From a virus (Duplodnaviria > Caudoviricetes), in the IMG/VR virus record IMGVR_UViG_3300047409_000695, positions 1-59,955 of that record: DNA of 59,955 bases, one strand, 5' to 3'. The notes beneath the pieces are model-generated. The model ran no database searches. It had not been told where the DNA came from and saw only the letters and a program-made list of their open reading frames with translations. Below are positions 35,880 to 45,397 of the stretch, in pieces. A program made the translations under genes and the position numbers. Within the stretch, counting starts at the first letter, position 1, and each line of letters begins with the position of its first letter.

Positions 35880-36027
35880 CCTGTCGCAAACCGAACAGAT
35901 TTCGATCCGCTCGGGTCGCTAGACTTGCTCTTTCCGCATGGCGATCGAGCGAGACCATGCCGCCGAACGGGCGGCACGTATTGATGCTTTCCTACAGGCC
36001 GTCAGGCGACAGCGCCCGATGACGGCG

Positions 36028-36264
36028 TCAGGACGACTCCCCTGTGTCCCCTTTTCCATTCGCGGAGTCCGTCCCCCCGAACGCCCATTGCGCGAACCCG
36101 CCCGACAGCGTCGCCAGAGCGACGATTAACGGCATCAGGCCGTAGCTCGATTGCTCTTCGACCTTGCCGAGCGCGATGGCCGCGGCGAGCCCCGCCAGGA
36201 TGACCAGCAACATGAACCCGTAGATCATCTTCAGCCGGGTGAGTGGATGTGAGCTTGTATCCAT
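36028..36264 (-). CDS. two-TM holin-like membrane protein
   Basis: MIYGFMLLVILAGLAAAIALG...LMPLIVALATLSGGFAQWAFG; TACAGT -10 lies 7 nt before the ATG. Confidence 0.55.
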   Translation of the reverse strand: MDTSSHPLTRLKMIYGFMLLVILAGLAAAIALGKVEEQSSYGLMPLIVALATLSGGFAQWAFGGTDSANGKGDTGESS

Positions 36265-36322
36265 CCCAGCGACTGTAAACGCGAAAAGTCTTTTTCTTCG
36301 TGCGTCGTGTGTCGGCTCATGG

Positions 36323-36601
36323 CTAGGACGTCTGCGCAGGCGGGGCCGACGGGAGCGGCATCCACGCAATTGGCGTGACAGTCAACCCGTGCAGTCGAAG
36401 GCCCGCTTGTGGACGCCACGCGCCATCGAGCCAGTAGCAGTTGTTGACGCGACCCTGCCAGAGTTTTTCGTCCTTCACCCCGCAGAACTCAGGGCAATAG
36501 AACTCAATCGACTCACGATCCCCGACGCACCACAGATCGACAACCTTGCGGCGGCCATGCTCCGGGCGGGGCGCAGTTTCCATTGGCTGCCATTCACTCA
36601 T
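36323..36601 (-). CDS. DUF551-like phage protein
   Basis: MSEWQPMETAP...PIAWMPLPSAP. Confidence 0.75.
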   Translation of the reverse strand: MSEWQPMETAPRPEHGRRKVVDLWCVGDRESIEFYCPEFCGVKDEKLWQGRVNNCYWLDGAWRPQAGLRLHGLTVTPIAWMPLPSAPPAQTS

Positions 36602-36603
36602 GT

Positions 36604-37113
36604 CTACGTCTCCTCCTGCGGGGCGGGCGGCTCCGTCGCCTGCTTACCGTCGATGACTTGCTGAAACGACATGCGGAACCCTTTGATGATGTCGGCGGTC
36701 TCATGGTCGGCTCGATTGCCGTTCGTCTCTGGATCGCGCAAATCGGCTTCGGTCCTTCGCATGTCGTTGAGGATCAACGCCAACGCGCGATCTTTGGCGG
36801 TGAATGCAGTGTCAGGCCAAGTTCGCGAGGGCGGCTCCGTCGCTCGGCGGCGCCCCGCGGCGAGTTCTGGGATGTGACGGCGCATCTTCCGCAGAAGGTA
36901 GGTCGCGATGTAGCGATAGGCGACGTCCGAAGTGTTCTCGCCGTTAAACCCGACGGAGTACGCGCCCCCTACGTATTTGCGGATGATCGCCTCGATCCGT
37001 TCTTCGAGGGTGAAGGACGGCAGAATCGCCTCGAGTTCCTTATCCGTCGGCACCTTGGCGGCGAACAGGTCGTCCACTCGGCCGCCTTTCGGCGGTTGCC
37101 AGCCCACACTCAT
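36604..37113 (-). CDS. hypothetical protein
   Basis: 169 aa, GAGGAG RBS. Confidence 0.55.
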   Translation of the reverse strand: MSVGWQPPKGGRVDDLFAAKVPTDKELEAILPSFTLEERIEAIIRKYVGGAYSVGFNGENTSDVAYRYIATYLLRKMRRHIPELAAGRRRATEPPSRTWPDTAFTAKDRALALILNDMRRTEADLRDPETNGNRADHETADIIKGFRMSFQQVIDGKQATEPPAPQEET

Positions 37114-37180
37114 CTCGTCTCCTCACAGAACGCGATCTGCTCCGCGATCGATCGCTTGGCCAACGCGACCTCACTACCGG

Positions 37181-37645
37181 TTAGTTCGATTGTGACCATC
37201 GTCGGCTATGGAACTCCCGCCACTTGACGTCACCGGCAAATCCGTTATCTCCGAGGTCGGCTATCAGCGTCCCGCGTTCGTACATGCCGTGATGCTTCCG
37301 ACACTGCATACACGACGCCTTCGTCGTGTGTCGACGTTCGGGCGCCTGCCCGCGAGTCCTCGACCGCTTGTGATCCGTGGCGTGCGACCATTCCGACGGC
37401 CCCGAACACTTTCCAAAATCGTTGATGTCGCGTCCGTACCGGCAGTACCCATCTCGTACGACGCAGTGTGATCGGACAATGCCTTTGATGACACGTTCGG
37501 CGGCGTCTTCTTCATCCTTGATCTGACGGCGGGTCTTCCCGATCCCCAGGGGCTGACGTTGCTTGAACCGGAGCAGAGCGCGTTGTCGAGCGGTCCGCTT
37601 TCTTTTTCGAAACACGGTACCCCCTGAGCGCCGCTCGAGCCTCAT
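37181..37645 (-). CDS. HNH/NinG-like Zn-binding nuclease candidate (start uncertain)
   Basis: RDGYCRY...CSGPSEWSH...CMQCRKHH. Confidence 0.5.
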   Translation of the reverse strand: MRLERRSGGTVFRKRKRTARQRALLRFKQRQPLGIGKTRRQIKDEEDAAERVIKGIVRSHCVVRDGYCRYGRDINDFGKCSGPSEWSHATDHKRSRTRGQAPERRHTTKASCMQCRKHHGMYERGTLIADLGDNGFAGDVKWREFHSRRWSQSN

Positions 37646-37802
37646 CCTGAATGTTGTCGTACGCGTACTCGAGAGCTTCGGATGCCTCGAGTCCGTGCTG
37701 ACCGGCGTGCGCCATGACGCGACGCGACGAACCGTAACCGTTCGCGATGCGGTTCAGTGACTCGTAGAACCGCGCTTCCCAGTCAATCCGTGGACGACTC
37801 AT
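37512..37802 (-). CDS. hypothetical protein
   Basis: GLEASEALEYAYDNIQDEARAAL. Confidence 0.55.
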   Translation of the reverse strand: MSRPRIDWEARFYESLNRIANGYGSSRRVMAHAGQHGLEASEALEYAYDNIQDEARAALRGYRVSKKKADRSTTRSAPVQATSAPGDREDPPSDQG

Positions 37803-38215
37803 TACGTCGGCGGTTCGTCGGCCGGCGGCACTACCGACAGATTCGGGCGGGATTCTGACGCGCCATCTGACGCCGGATCCGCGGGCTGCCCATTGCTCCC
37901 GGGCGGTTCCGCCGACAGCGCCTGCCGGCCGTAGATGTGCGCTTGCCGGTACGGGATGCCGCCCTGTGTCTTGAGCTCGAACGTCGCCGTCAGTTTGACG
38001 TTCATCAGGCCGGGCGGTCCGTTCCGATCAAGCGACGGGCCGACCTCGAGGACCGTAAACAGTAGGTCGACGTCGGTCCGGAGCATCAGCAGATCCCCCG
38101 GCTCGATCTTCTTCCCGAACCGGTCCAGCGCGTTCACGTTGCCGGCTGCAACCTGCTGACGAAAGACGTTATGCGCGCGGTTCAACTGCTCCCGTTGCTT
38201 CTCGAGTTCGTTCAT
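37802..38215 (-). CDS. hypothetical protein (DRFGKKIEPGDLL, SH3-like)
   Basis: ATG at 38215 coupled to the upstream stop. Confidence 0.55.
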   Translation of the reverse strand: MNELEKQREQLNRAHNVFRQQVAAGNVNALDRFGKKIEPGDLLMLRTDVDLLFTVLEVGPSLDRNGPPGLMNVKLTATFELKTQGGIPYRQAHIYGRQALSAEPPGSNGQPADPASDGASESRPNLSVVPPADEPPT

Positions 38216-38445
38216 TTCCCTGTCTCCCGCATTGTGAGGATTCGAGCGCCGCACGGACAGATCAGCCAGTACGCCGGATAGCCTTCAGGCGCGTGCTCTA
38301 GCGGAGCTTCGGTGTAGCCGCTCCCGTGGCCGATGTGCCCGTTGTGATGGTTTTCCCACGACTCGAGCGTCATGGTCCGCGACTTCATCCGGTTGCAGAA
38401 GACACACCCGCAACCGCCTTCGTGTTTCAGCCCCGAGTCCGTCAC
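38212..38445 (-). CDS. Cys/His-rich small protein
   Basis: CGCVFC...HHNGH...CPCG; GTGA-coupled. Confidence 0.5.
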   Translation of the reverse strand: MTDSGLKHEGGCGCVFCNRMKSRTMTLESWENHHNGHIGHGSGYTEAPLEHAPEGYPAYWLICPCGARILTMRETGK

Positions 38446-40301
38446 GCGGCAACCCCCTGCGAGTGCTCGAGCACGACGGACCGCCCCGTTACCCCTTTCC
38501 CGAGCCGGACGCAGATCATGCCGGCAATCTTCGACGCGTCCGGCAACGGCTGATTCACTTCTCGCGTGCTCAGCAGAATGACCTGGTCGAGCGTCGAGCC
38601 ATACAGGGCGCGCGCCATCAGTTCCCGGTTCTGCACGTCCAGCATGTCGAGTTCGTCGACGATCGCGAACTTCAGGCCGGACTTCTCGGCAATCGCCAAC
38701 TGCAAGGCCACGCCGATCCGATGCTGCTCGGACCTCGAGTAAGTGTCGACCAGCCGGCCGTTGATCAACACCGCCCACGGGTCGACCTGAAAACCGACCG
38801 TCCATCCAAACGGTTGGAGATAGCTATTGATGACGGCTTCGAACGGGCCGAGTGCCTTCGCTAAGGCCTGCACACGGGCGCCATTTGGCCCCAGGACGTC
38901 GACCAGCGCTTCCAGACGTGTGACGTCCGCCTCGAGCGTCGTTCGATGCGCTATGGCGTCGGCATGGGCCTGCAACCCGGCATAAAACGCAATCGCCGCC
39001 TTCTCGATCGCCTGGCCGTTGTTGACCCGTTCGGTCAGCACCCCGAGGTCGGTTTCGAGCGCCGACGTGTCGGGCACGGCCGCGATCTCGGCCTCGAGCT
39101 CCCGGACCAGCCGCTGATCCTGCTCGGCAGCCTGGGCATACGCCACAAACGCGGCCTTCTTGGCCTGCAGGTCGGCGAGCTCGGCGACCAGGGGATTCTT
39201 CGGCTTCGGTGCAACCGGTTCGGCCGGAGCCGGCGGCGCCAGCTTCTCGATCGCGTCCTCGATATCCCGCGCCCGGCTGAAGAACTTCACCTTGGCGACC
39301 GGGCACGGCGTCCGGCTGTCGAGCACACACCCGCCTTTCGGGTCGAACGTCCGGAGCGCCGCGGCCTTCTTCCGTTGCGTGTCGATGTCGACGTTGTCGG
39401 CTGGACGCTGGACCGGAGCCGGCTCTTCGGTCTGGGCCTCTTCCATCATCCCCAGCCGTTCCTCGACGTCGACGATCTTCGCGACGACGTCTTCGTACAG
39501 GCCTTCAGGCTTGACAGGAATCGGCGACGTGAGCCAACCGGTCGCCTTCAGCCGTTCCTGCTTGGCGACGAGATCCTTTCGTTGCGCGACGGACCCGCCG
39601 ATCTTTTGCTGCAGGTCGCCGACGGCTAACCGGAGATCGACCAGGAGCTTGGCAATGCCGGCGAGATGCGCGTCCTTGTCGGCCAGGGTCTTGTTCTGCA
39701 GCGATGGCAGCGTCGACGTCGCCACCGGCGGCACGAACGCCCCCTTCACCTTGTCCTTGGCCGACTTCCGGTCCTTGAACGCCTTCTGGTACGCCGCCTC
39801 GAGGCCGTCCAACGTGTATTCCGTGTCGCCGACCGGCACCTTGACGTCGAGCAGGGCCAGCATCAGGGCCTTCGCGTCCGCGTGATGCAGGTTCCGGAAC
39901 ACCGTCGTGTCGAGCGCTGCGTCGACGTACGCTTCGTCACAGTGCAACAGGTCCGCGTAGATCGCGCGCTGTTGTTCGGTCGCCGAGCCGGCGAACCCCT
40001 CGACCTCGAGGCTCGAGCCGTTCGGTGCCCACGACCGCTCGATCCCGACCACGTCGTTGACCCGCAGGGCGACGTCGACGGTCTGCGACCCGGGCGAATA
40101 ACTGGGAATCAACTTATCCCCGCCGGCGCCTTTCCCGTCGAGACCCTGACAGCGACCGGTCAGCGCCCACTTGATCGCCTCGCGGATCGTGCTCTTGCCG
40201 GACCCGTTCAGGCCGGCCAGGAACACCCGCGGCGCGTTCAACAGGATCTCCGTGTCGCTGAACGACCGAAAACTCTTCAACTGCAGACTCGTGATCATCA
40301 T
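38442..40301 (-). CDS. SbcC/Rad50-like SMC ATPase
   Basis: GLNGSGKST Walker A, coiled-coil with central CVLDSRTPCP, YSRSEQ signature, IVDELD Walker B. Confidence 0.85.
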   Translation of the reverse strand: MMITSLQLKSFRSFSDTEILLNAPRVFLAGLNGSGKSTIREAIKWALTGRCQGLDGKGAGGDKLIPSYSPGSQTVDVALRVNDVVGIERSWAPNGSSLEVEGFAGSATEQQRAIYADLLHCDEAYVDAALDTTVFRNLHHADAKALMLALLDVKVPVGDTEYTLDGLEAAYQKAFKDRKSAKDKVKGAFVPPVATSTLPSLQNKTLADKDAHLAGIAKLLVDLRLAVGDLQQKIGGSVAQRKDLVAKQERLKATGWLTSPIPVKPEGLYEDVVAKIVDVEERLGMMEEAQTEEPAPVQRPADNVDIDTQRKKAAALRTFDPKGGCVLDSRTPCPVAKVKFFSRARDIEDAIEKLAPPAPAEPVAPKPKNPLVAELADLQAKKAAFVAYAQAAEQDQRLVRELEAEIAAVPDTSALETDLGVLTERVNNGQAIEKAAIAFYAGLQAHADAIAHRTTLEADVTRLEALVDVLGPNGARVQALAKALGPFEAVINSYLQPFGWTVGFQVDPWAVLINGRLVDTYSRSEQHRIGVALQLAIAEKSGLKFAIVDELDMLDVQNRELMARALYGSTLDQVILLSTREVNQPLPDASKIAGMICVRLGKGVTGRSVVLEHSQGVAA

Positions 40302-40747
40302 GATCTGGCTCTCTCCCGTTCGATGTCGCCCAGTAATGACGCCGGCACGTCCCACAATCCCGGCATCCCTCGAGCCAATATCGGCTTTTCGAAGATGCAG
40401 AGGTCGACGAAGATCCACGCCCAGCGCCCCATCTCGTAGTTCCCGAACGCGGCTTCCTTGTCGTCGATAGACTTCCGCACGTCCATCGCCGGCCGCACGT
40501 CCTCGAGCGATCCGACGCCGAGAATAGCTCCGACAGGCAGGCCCGCCGGCTCGTCAAACCCGAGTCGAATCAGGGCCGACGAAAACGACTGCGTGTAACA
40601 CAACCGGTAGTCGGCTTCGTGGAACGCCTTCGACGCGTGAATCGCGATCCGGCCACGCTCCTGCGTCTTCCACGACCGCGTCTCGATTCGCTTCTCCCCG
40701 CCGGCGAGCAGCGAGGCCCACGGTTGCAGCAGTGACAGTGCCTTCAT
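40298..40747 (-). CDS. ASCH domain protein
   Basis: MKALSLLQPWASLL..GEKRIETRSW...RGRIAIHASK. Confidence 0.9.
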   Translation of the reverse strand: MKALSLLQPWASLLAGGEKRIETRSWKTQERGRIAIHASKAFHEADYRLCYTQSFSSALIRLGFDEPAGLPVGAILGVGSLEDVRPAMDVRKSIDDKEAAFGNYEMGRWAWIFVDLCIFEKPILARGMPGLWDVPASLLGDIERERARS

Positions 40748-40959
40748 GTCTTCACCTTCGGATCGAGCTCTTGGAACCGAGCGATCGCCGCACTGATAGC
40801 GGCCGAGACTTCAGACTTTTCATTGCCGACCGCCTTCAGCGCGATCCGCGACATGATCAGCCGGTCGACCACGGCCTGCGTGTGTCGCGTGTTCTCGACC
40901 GTCCATTGCGCCTTCCGAATCTTCTCGATCGGTTCCGGCGTCTGGTGCGGGCTATACAT
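40744..40959 (-). CDS. hypothetical protein
   Basis: coupled operon gene. Confidence 0.5.
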   Translation of the reverse strand: MYSPHQTPEPIEKIRKAQWTVENTRHTQAVVDRLIMSRIALKAVGNEKSEVSAAISAAIARFQELDPKVKT

Positions 40960-41132
40960 CCTTCTTCACCGGCTTTCCGCGGTACGTGTTCGTCACGATC
41001 GCCCCCTTGAACTGACGTCGCAGGTCGGCCGCGATCCGGAACAACTGCGCGCGCGTCGTCGTGTGCTCCGGTTGCGTGTTCGCCATCCCCTCGAGCTCGG
41101 CGATCGTCGCGAGGATGGCATCCCGCTCGAGG

Positions 41133-41432
41133 TCACTTATGACCACTGGCCCAGTCCTTGAAATCCTTGAACGTCTTACAGGTCTCGACGTTGTCGACCA
41201 GGGCACAAATCAGCGACCGATCCGGATAGCCGGCCTCGAAGATGACCCGGCTCGGCACCTTGTCGTTGCAGTGCTTCAGGTCGTCGCACGGCCACGACAG
41301 CCATACCTTCGACTGCACGACCAGGGCGTTCTCGGAGAACTTCAACGTCGGCTTCTGCGGCTTCTGCTGCGCGGCAAGCCCGGCGAGCCACAACGCCAGC
41401 ACCACGACCCCGGCCACGATCCAGTCTTTCAT
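41133..41432 (-). CDS. secreted/membrane-anchored protein with four Cys
   Basis: MKDWIVAGVVVLALWLAGLAA|QQK. Confidence 0.6.
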   Translation of the reverse strand: MKDWIVAGVVVLALWLAGLAAQQKPQKPTLKFSENALVVQSKVWLSWPCDDLKHCNDKVPSRVIFEAGYPDRSLICALVDNVETCKTFKDFKDWASGHK

Positions 41433-42547
41433 TCCTCACCATCCCCGTCGCCGAACGGCTTTTCGTTCGGGTCGATCTTCTTCAGGCCAAACCGGTACGT
41501 GGTCTTTTCCTGCAGCACTTCGGCGAGGTCGTCGACCAACGCGGGGAACTGCTTGAATAGCTTCGCCAGGGCCGAGTGCGACACCGTCAGGCCTTCCTTC
41601 TCGAACGCGCCCATGATGTTCCGCTGCCCGAGCACCCGCAGAACGACGTCGAGCGGATACTTGCGCTCCGTCACCGGCCAGTTGCCCCAGACCGTGTCTT
41701 TGCCGACCTTCACCGGCCCGTTGGCGACACAGTGCTGCTTGAACGCCTTTTTGATGGCCTTCATCTTCTTCTCGGCCGGCACCAGCAACGTCCCGACCTG
41801 TAGGGCCGTCGCCGTATCGAACCGGACCGGTAAGACCATCTCCCGATCGGCCAGGGGACACTTGAGCTCGCAGTACCGACACGCCGGCCCGACGTGCGCC
41901 GGATACGTGTTCGTCTCCTGGGCGTACCGGATCCGGGCGACGTCCGCCTGCACTTCGATCTCCATCTGTTCGAGCTCGGCGACCGTGAACTTGACCGACG
42001 TCGCTTTGTTGAACCGGACGAAGACGAACGTGATCCGATACGACGGGAAATTCGGCCAGCGCTTCATCGCCTGCCAGCCGTAGAACCGGGCCTGATACGT
42101 GTCCTTGATCTCGGCTTCGGTCAGCACGACCCAGTACGTCTTGTCGTCCTTGATCTCGAGCTCGCCAGGGTGTGCGTAGACCAGGTCCGGCGCGAACGAC
42201 ACGCCGTCGCCGACCTGCCGCTCTTCCGACGTGACGTAGCGCTCGAGGTCCAGCGCGAAGAACTCGGCATGGCGGACCCAGAGCTCGCGGAGCTCCGGAA
42301 TCAACCGCTGCGGCGTCTGATGCTCGGCGATCCCCTGCACGAACGCCCGCATCGCGAGATCCTGATCCTGCGGCGTGCCGGCGGCGACCAGAGCCAGGAT
42401 GTACAGATGCTTGATGTGGGCGAACGCCTGGCCACGCAACGCGTAGTCGCTCGAGTCGTCGACGCCCTTCTGATGAACCTCGTTGAACCGATAGAGGCAG
42501 TCGGCGTCCTCGAGCGCGGACCGACGGAAGACCTGCAGTTGTGTCAT
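41429..42547 (-). CDS. PD-(D/E)XK (RecB/AddB-like) exonuclease
   Basis: PDLVY...IKDDKT...QARFY...CRYCELKCP. Confidence 0.8.
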   Translation of the reverse strand: MTQLQVFRRSALEDADCLYRFNEVHQKGVDDSSDYALRGQAFAHIKHLYILALVAAGTPQDQDLAMRAFVQGIAEHQTPQRLIPELRELWVRHAEFFALDLERYVTSEERQVGDGVSFAPDLVYAHPGELEIKDDKTYWVVLTEAEIKDTYQARFYGWQAMKRWPNFPSYRITFVFVRFNKATSVKFTVAELEQMEIEVQADVARIRYAQETNTYPAHVGPACRYCELKCPLADREMVLPVRFDTATALQVGTLLVPAEKKMKAIKKAFKQHCVANGPVKVGKDTVWGNWPVTERKYPLDVVLRVLGQRNIMGAFEKEGLTVSHSALAKLFKQFPALVDDLAEVLQEKTTYRFGLKKIDPNEKPFGDGDGEE

Positions 42548-42873
42548 TCGGAGAGCCCCATCGGATGTTTCAGCCGACGCACGACGTCGACGTTCCCTCG
42601 CTCTTGATAGGCCGTCACCCCGCGCGCCCCGACAGCCATCGCGAACCGCACAATGTCGGCCGTCAGCGCCTTCGACTGGCTTGTGTGTATCAGTTCCACA
42701 AGCGGACTCACGTTGTCTTCGATGCCGAGCTCGCGACAGAGGTCGGCAGGCGTCTTCATGTCTTCAGTCACTCGCCGATCCTCCGGTTTGATCTTCGTCA
42801 TCGTCGTCCTTCGAAACCCAAACCACAGATCGTCGACCGTGGCTCGAGTAAAAACCTCTTCAGGAATCGGCAT
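42544..42873 (-). CDS. hypothetical protein
   Basis: 109 aa, coupled. Confidence 0.5.
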   Translation of the reverse strand: MPIPEEVFTRATVDDLWFGFRRTTMTKIKPEDRRVTEDMKTPADLCRELGIEDNVSPLVELIHTSQSKALTADIVRFAMAVGARGVTAYQERGNVDVVRRLKHPMGLSE

Positions 42874-42875
42874 CG

Positions 42876-43895
42876 TCAGAACCCGAACTGAATATCCGTC
42901 GCTTTGAGCGGCGCCGTCACTCCGGCCGGCGCCACCGTGCTCGCTTCAGGCCCGGCAGCCCTATCACCCGAATCTCCCCGGCTCGGATCCCCGCCGGTGG
43001 TCGCTGCGGGCGCCGTCGACGTCGCGGCCGGCGTCGGCGTGCTCACAACGGGAGCTTGCACCTTACTGTTCTGCGGTCCCTTGACGCGTTCGCGGCCCTG
43101 GCGCGCGGCGTACTCATCCCGACACCAGTCAAGTAGGGCCTTCGCCCCGAGCTCCGGGTCGACGTCCGCGGACCCCAGGAACTCGTTCAGCTTCGTCAAC
43201 CGCAGGCCTCGAGGCAGGTCGAGCATCGCGAACGCCTTTTCGACGTTGTCGCGCATCGGCTCGGGAATCTTGTTGAAGACGTCCGGCACGGCCTCGACGC
43301 TGACCACCGTACCTTCGATCGCCGGCGCGTAGTCCTGCGCTTCCTCGACCAGCACGAGCCCCATCAGGCAGTCGGCCGCGGCATCGCGCAACGCGAACGA
43401 CCGGGCGCGCATTTGGAGCATCCGATCCGGATAGGTCTGCCAAGTGCCGGCCTTCGTCCAGAGCCCGGCTTTCTTCGCGTCGCCGACCGAGAACTTGCGA
43501 ACGATCGCGTCCGGCCAGCCCTTGCGCTTGACCTCGCAGACCGCCGTCCAGTCGTCCGTGCCCTTCTTTCCCTCGAACGTCTCTTTCACGTACTCGATCA
43601 GGTCGGAGTTCTGCACCAGGGCCAGCGCGGCGTCTCCCCAGATCGACGGTCGGCCGTTGATGACCGCGATGTTCTGCAGGGCCTGCATCGGCTTGAGACC
43701 GATGTCGAGTCCCATCTGGATGGCCACAAGCACGTTGCCCGGTTTGTTGACGTAGTCTTTCGGCGCGAAGTCCGATTTGGCGATCATCTCGGCCATTCGC
43801 ATGGCGTCGCTCAGCGTGTCCGGCACCAGCGAAAACGTCCGGCGACGCGCGATGGCCGCTTCGACAACCGGCTCGAGCTTTTGCTGTTCACTCAT
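42876..43895 (-). CDS. RecT/Redbeta-like single-strand annealing protein
   Basis: KPGNVLVAIQMGLDIGLKPMQALQNIAVINGRPSIWGDA...WQTYPDRMLQMRARSFALRD. Confidence 0.85.
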   Translation of the reverse strand: MSEQQKLEPVVEAAIARRRTFSLVPDTLSDAMRMAEMIAKSDFAPKDYVNKPGNVLVAIQMGLDIGLKPMQALQNIAVINGRPSIWGDAALALVQNSDLIEYVKETFEGKKGTDDWTAVCEVKRKGWPDAIVRKFSVGDAKKAGLWTKAGTWQTYPDRMLQMRARSFALRDAAADCLMGLVLVEEAQDYAPAIEGTVVSVEAVPDVFNKIPEPMRDNVEKAFAMLDLPRGLRLTKLNEFLGSADVDPELGAKALLDWCRDEYAARQGRERVKGPQNSKVQAPVVSTPTPAATSTAPAATTGGDPSRGDSGDRAAGPEASTVAPAGVTAPLKATDIQFGF

Positions 43896-43897
43896 AA

Positions 43898-44569
43898 TCA
43901 GAACTCCGACGTCATGACGTCCACTTTGTCGCCCTCACCGAACCGCATCGGGCAATCGTTTTTCGTCACTTCGCAAAAACTACACTCGTTGAAGCTGGGC
44001 ACCGGTTCCGGCGCCACGTCCGCGGTCGCTAGTTCTTTGATCAACTGAAACAACGGCGTTCGAATCGTCTCGGCGTCCGCCCACGTCACCGGCAGAATCG
44101 CCGACTTGTACACGACCTCGCCGGTCGGCTTCAGGTCCGGCTGACCCAGATACATCGGCAAGATCAGCATGTAGATGGCGACCTGAATCGTGTTCGAATC
44201 CCGCACAACTCCGCTCTTCGCGTCCGAGACCAGAAACTCGCCAGGCTTCCGGCCGACGATATCCGGCTTGCCCGACACGATCGCCGTGTTCCCTTTCAGC
44301 TTGAACGCGTTCTGTCCCTCGAGCGCGACCTGGTAGCCGGCCGCTTTGAGCTCGAGATGTCGCGTGCTCAACAGGGCCGAGTGCTCGATCCGCCACTTCA
44401 CGAAATCGAAGGAGCTCGGTTCCTTGTCGATCGTGTACCGGCTCCGGAGCCAGGGACTGAACCGACACGAGTTCTCGCCGGCCAGGAGTCCCGCCAGCCA
44501 CTTCGCGCTGAAGTACGGCAGGCCGTCTTTCTTGATCGGCGGCGTGTGCACGGTCGTTCGTGGCGGCAT
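43898..44569 (-). CDS. PD-(D/E)XK nuclease (Cas4-like Cys pattern)
   Basis: GKPDIV...VSDAKSG...QVAIY...CSFC...C. Confidence 0.75.
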   Translation of the reverse strand: MPPRTTVHTPPIKKDGLPYFSAKWLAGLLAGENSCRFSPWLRSRYTIDKEPSSFDFVKWRIEHSALLSTRHLELKAAGYQVALEGQNAFKLKGNTAIVSGKPDIVGRKPGEFLVSDAKSGVVRDSNTIQVAIYMLILPMYLGQPDLKPTGEVVYKSAILPVTWADAETIRTPLFQLIKELATADVAPEPVPSFNECSFCEVTKNDCPMRFGEGDKVDVMTSEF

Positions 44570-44755
44570 CTACTTGGCCTCGTGCTCGAGATTGGCGGCG
44601 ATGACGTTCCGTGGCCAGTCGTGGCCGTCGAGTTTCACGCGAAAGCCGGCAACCGTCGTGTTCACGATGACCCCAGGCAGACGGACCGGCGTCGGCCGGC
44701 GCCCCTTCTGTGTCGGGAGCACATACACGATCCGGTCGCCGACCTTGAACGCCAT
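44570..44755 (-). CDS. small SH3/KOW-like protein
   Basis: MAFKVGDRIVY. Confidence 0.55.
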   Translation of the reverse strand: MAFKVGDRIVYVLPTQKGRRPTPVRLPGVIVNTTVAGFRVKLDGHDWPRNVIAANLEHEAK

Positions 44756-45213
44756 CAGCCTTCGGTCCCTGTCGAGTCCGCCGGCGTCTCCGTGACGGCC
44801 TCGCTGACCTTGCCGCCCGCGTCCAACATGCTGCGCTGATCGGTCTCCCGTTGCGCCGCGTCGAAGAGCGGCAACGACTTCGGATGTGTGAACCCGCGGA
44901 CCTTCTCCATGAACAGGTTCACCTTGGATTCGTACGTCGACTTCGCGGTCTTGGCGGCTTCGGCCTTTTCGTCGGCGACGCCCTTGGCCTTGGCCACTTC
45001 TTCGAGCAACTCGCCGAGCTCTTCCATCTGGTCGGCCGCGGCGACCTTGTCGATCTTCATCGCCCCGAGGTTCACGGCGAAATTCTTCACCGCTTTAGCG
45101 ACCGCCCCACCGATGACGGCCGCGGTCTTCGCGACCTTGGCGACGACCTTCTTACCGGCCCGCTTTCGCTTACTGCCCGCCGACTTCTTTTGCTGTCGCG
45201 ACTTCTTCGCCAT
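44755..45213 (-). CDS. Lys/Ala-rich coiled-coil protein
   Basis: basic N-terminus MAKKSRQQKKSAGSKRKRAGKK; LPLFD C-terminal motif. Confidence 0.6.
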   Translation of the reverse strand: MAKKSRQQKKSAGSKRKRAGKKVVAKVAKTAAVIGGAVAKAVKNFAVNLGAMKIDKVAAADQMEELGELLEEVAKAKGVADEKAEAAKTAKSTYESKVNLFMEKVRGFTHPKSLPLFDAAQRETDQRSMLDAGGKVSEAVTETPADSTGTEG

Positions 45214-45397
45214 CTGCGTCCCCCCATTCCTCAATGTTGACTTTCACGACGACGTCGACCCTGGCTCCGATCCGCAGGTTCCTCGCCTCGACCACCGGCA
45301 CCGGCACCGTCACGCTCGCGGCCCGGTAGTCGTCGAGCTTCACGGACAAGCTGATGAACGTCGGATACTCCATCAGGCCGAACACCGTGCCTTTCAC
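45170..45397 (-). CDS. small OB-fold-like hypothetical protein
   Basis: GTG coupled to the KGG gene stop. Confidence 0.45.
   Translation of the reverse strand: MKGTVFGLMEYPTFISLSVKLDDYRAASVTVPVPVVEARNLRIGARVDVVVKVNIEEWGDADGEEVATAKEVGGQ

Noticed and set aside
43898-44569. cas4 of a CRISPR system
   Set aside because: A solo PD-(D/E)XK nuclease beside RecT, with no cas1/cas2 or array
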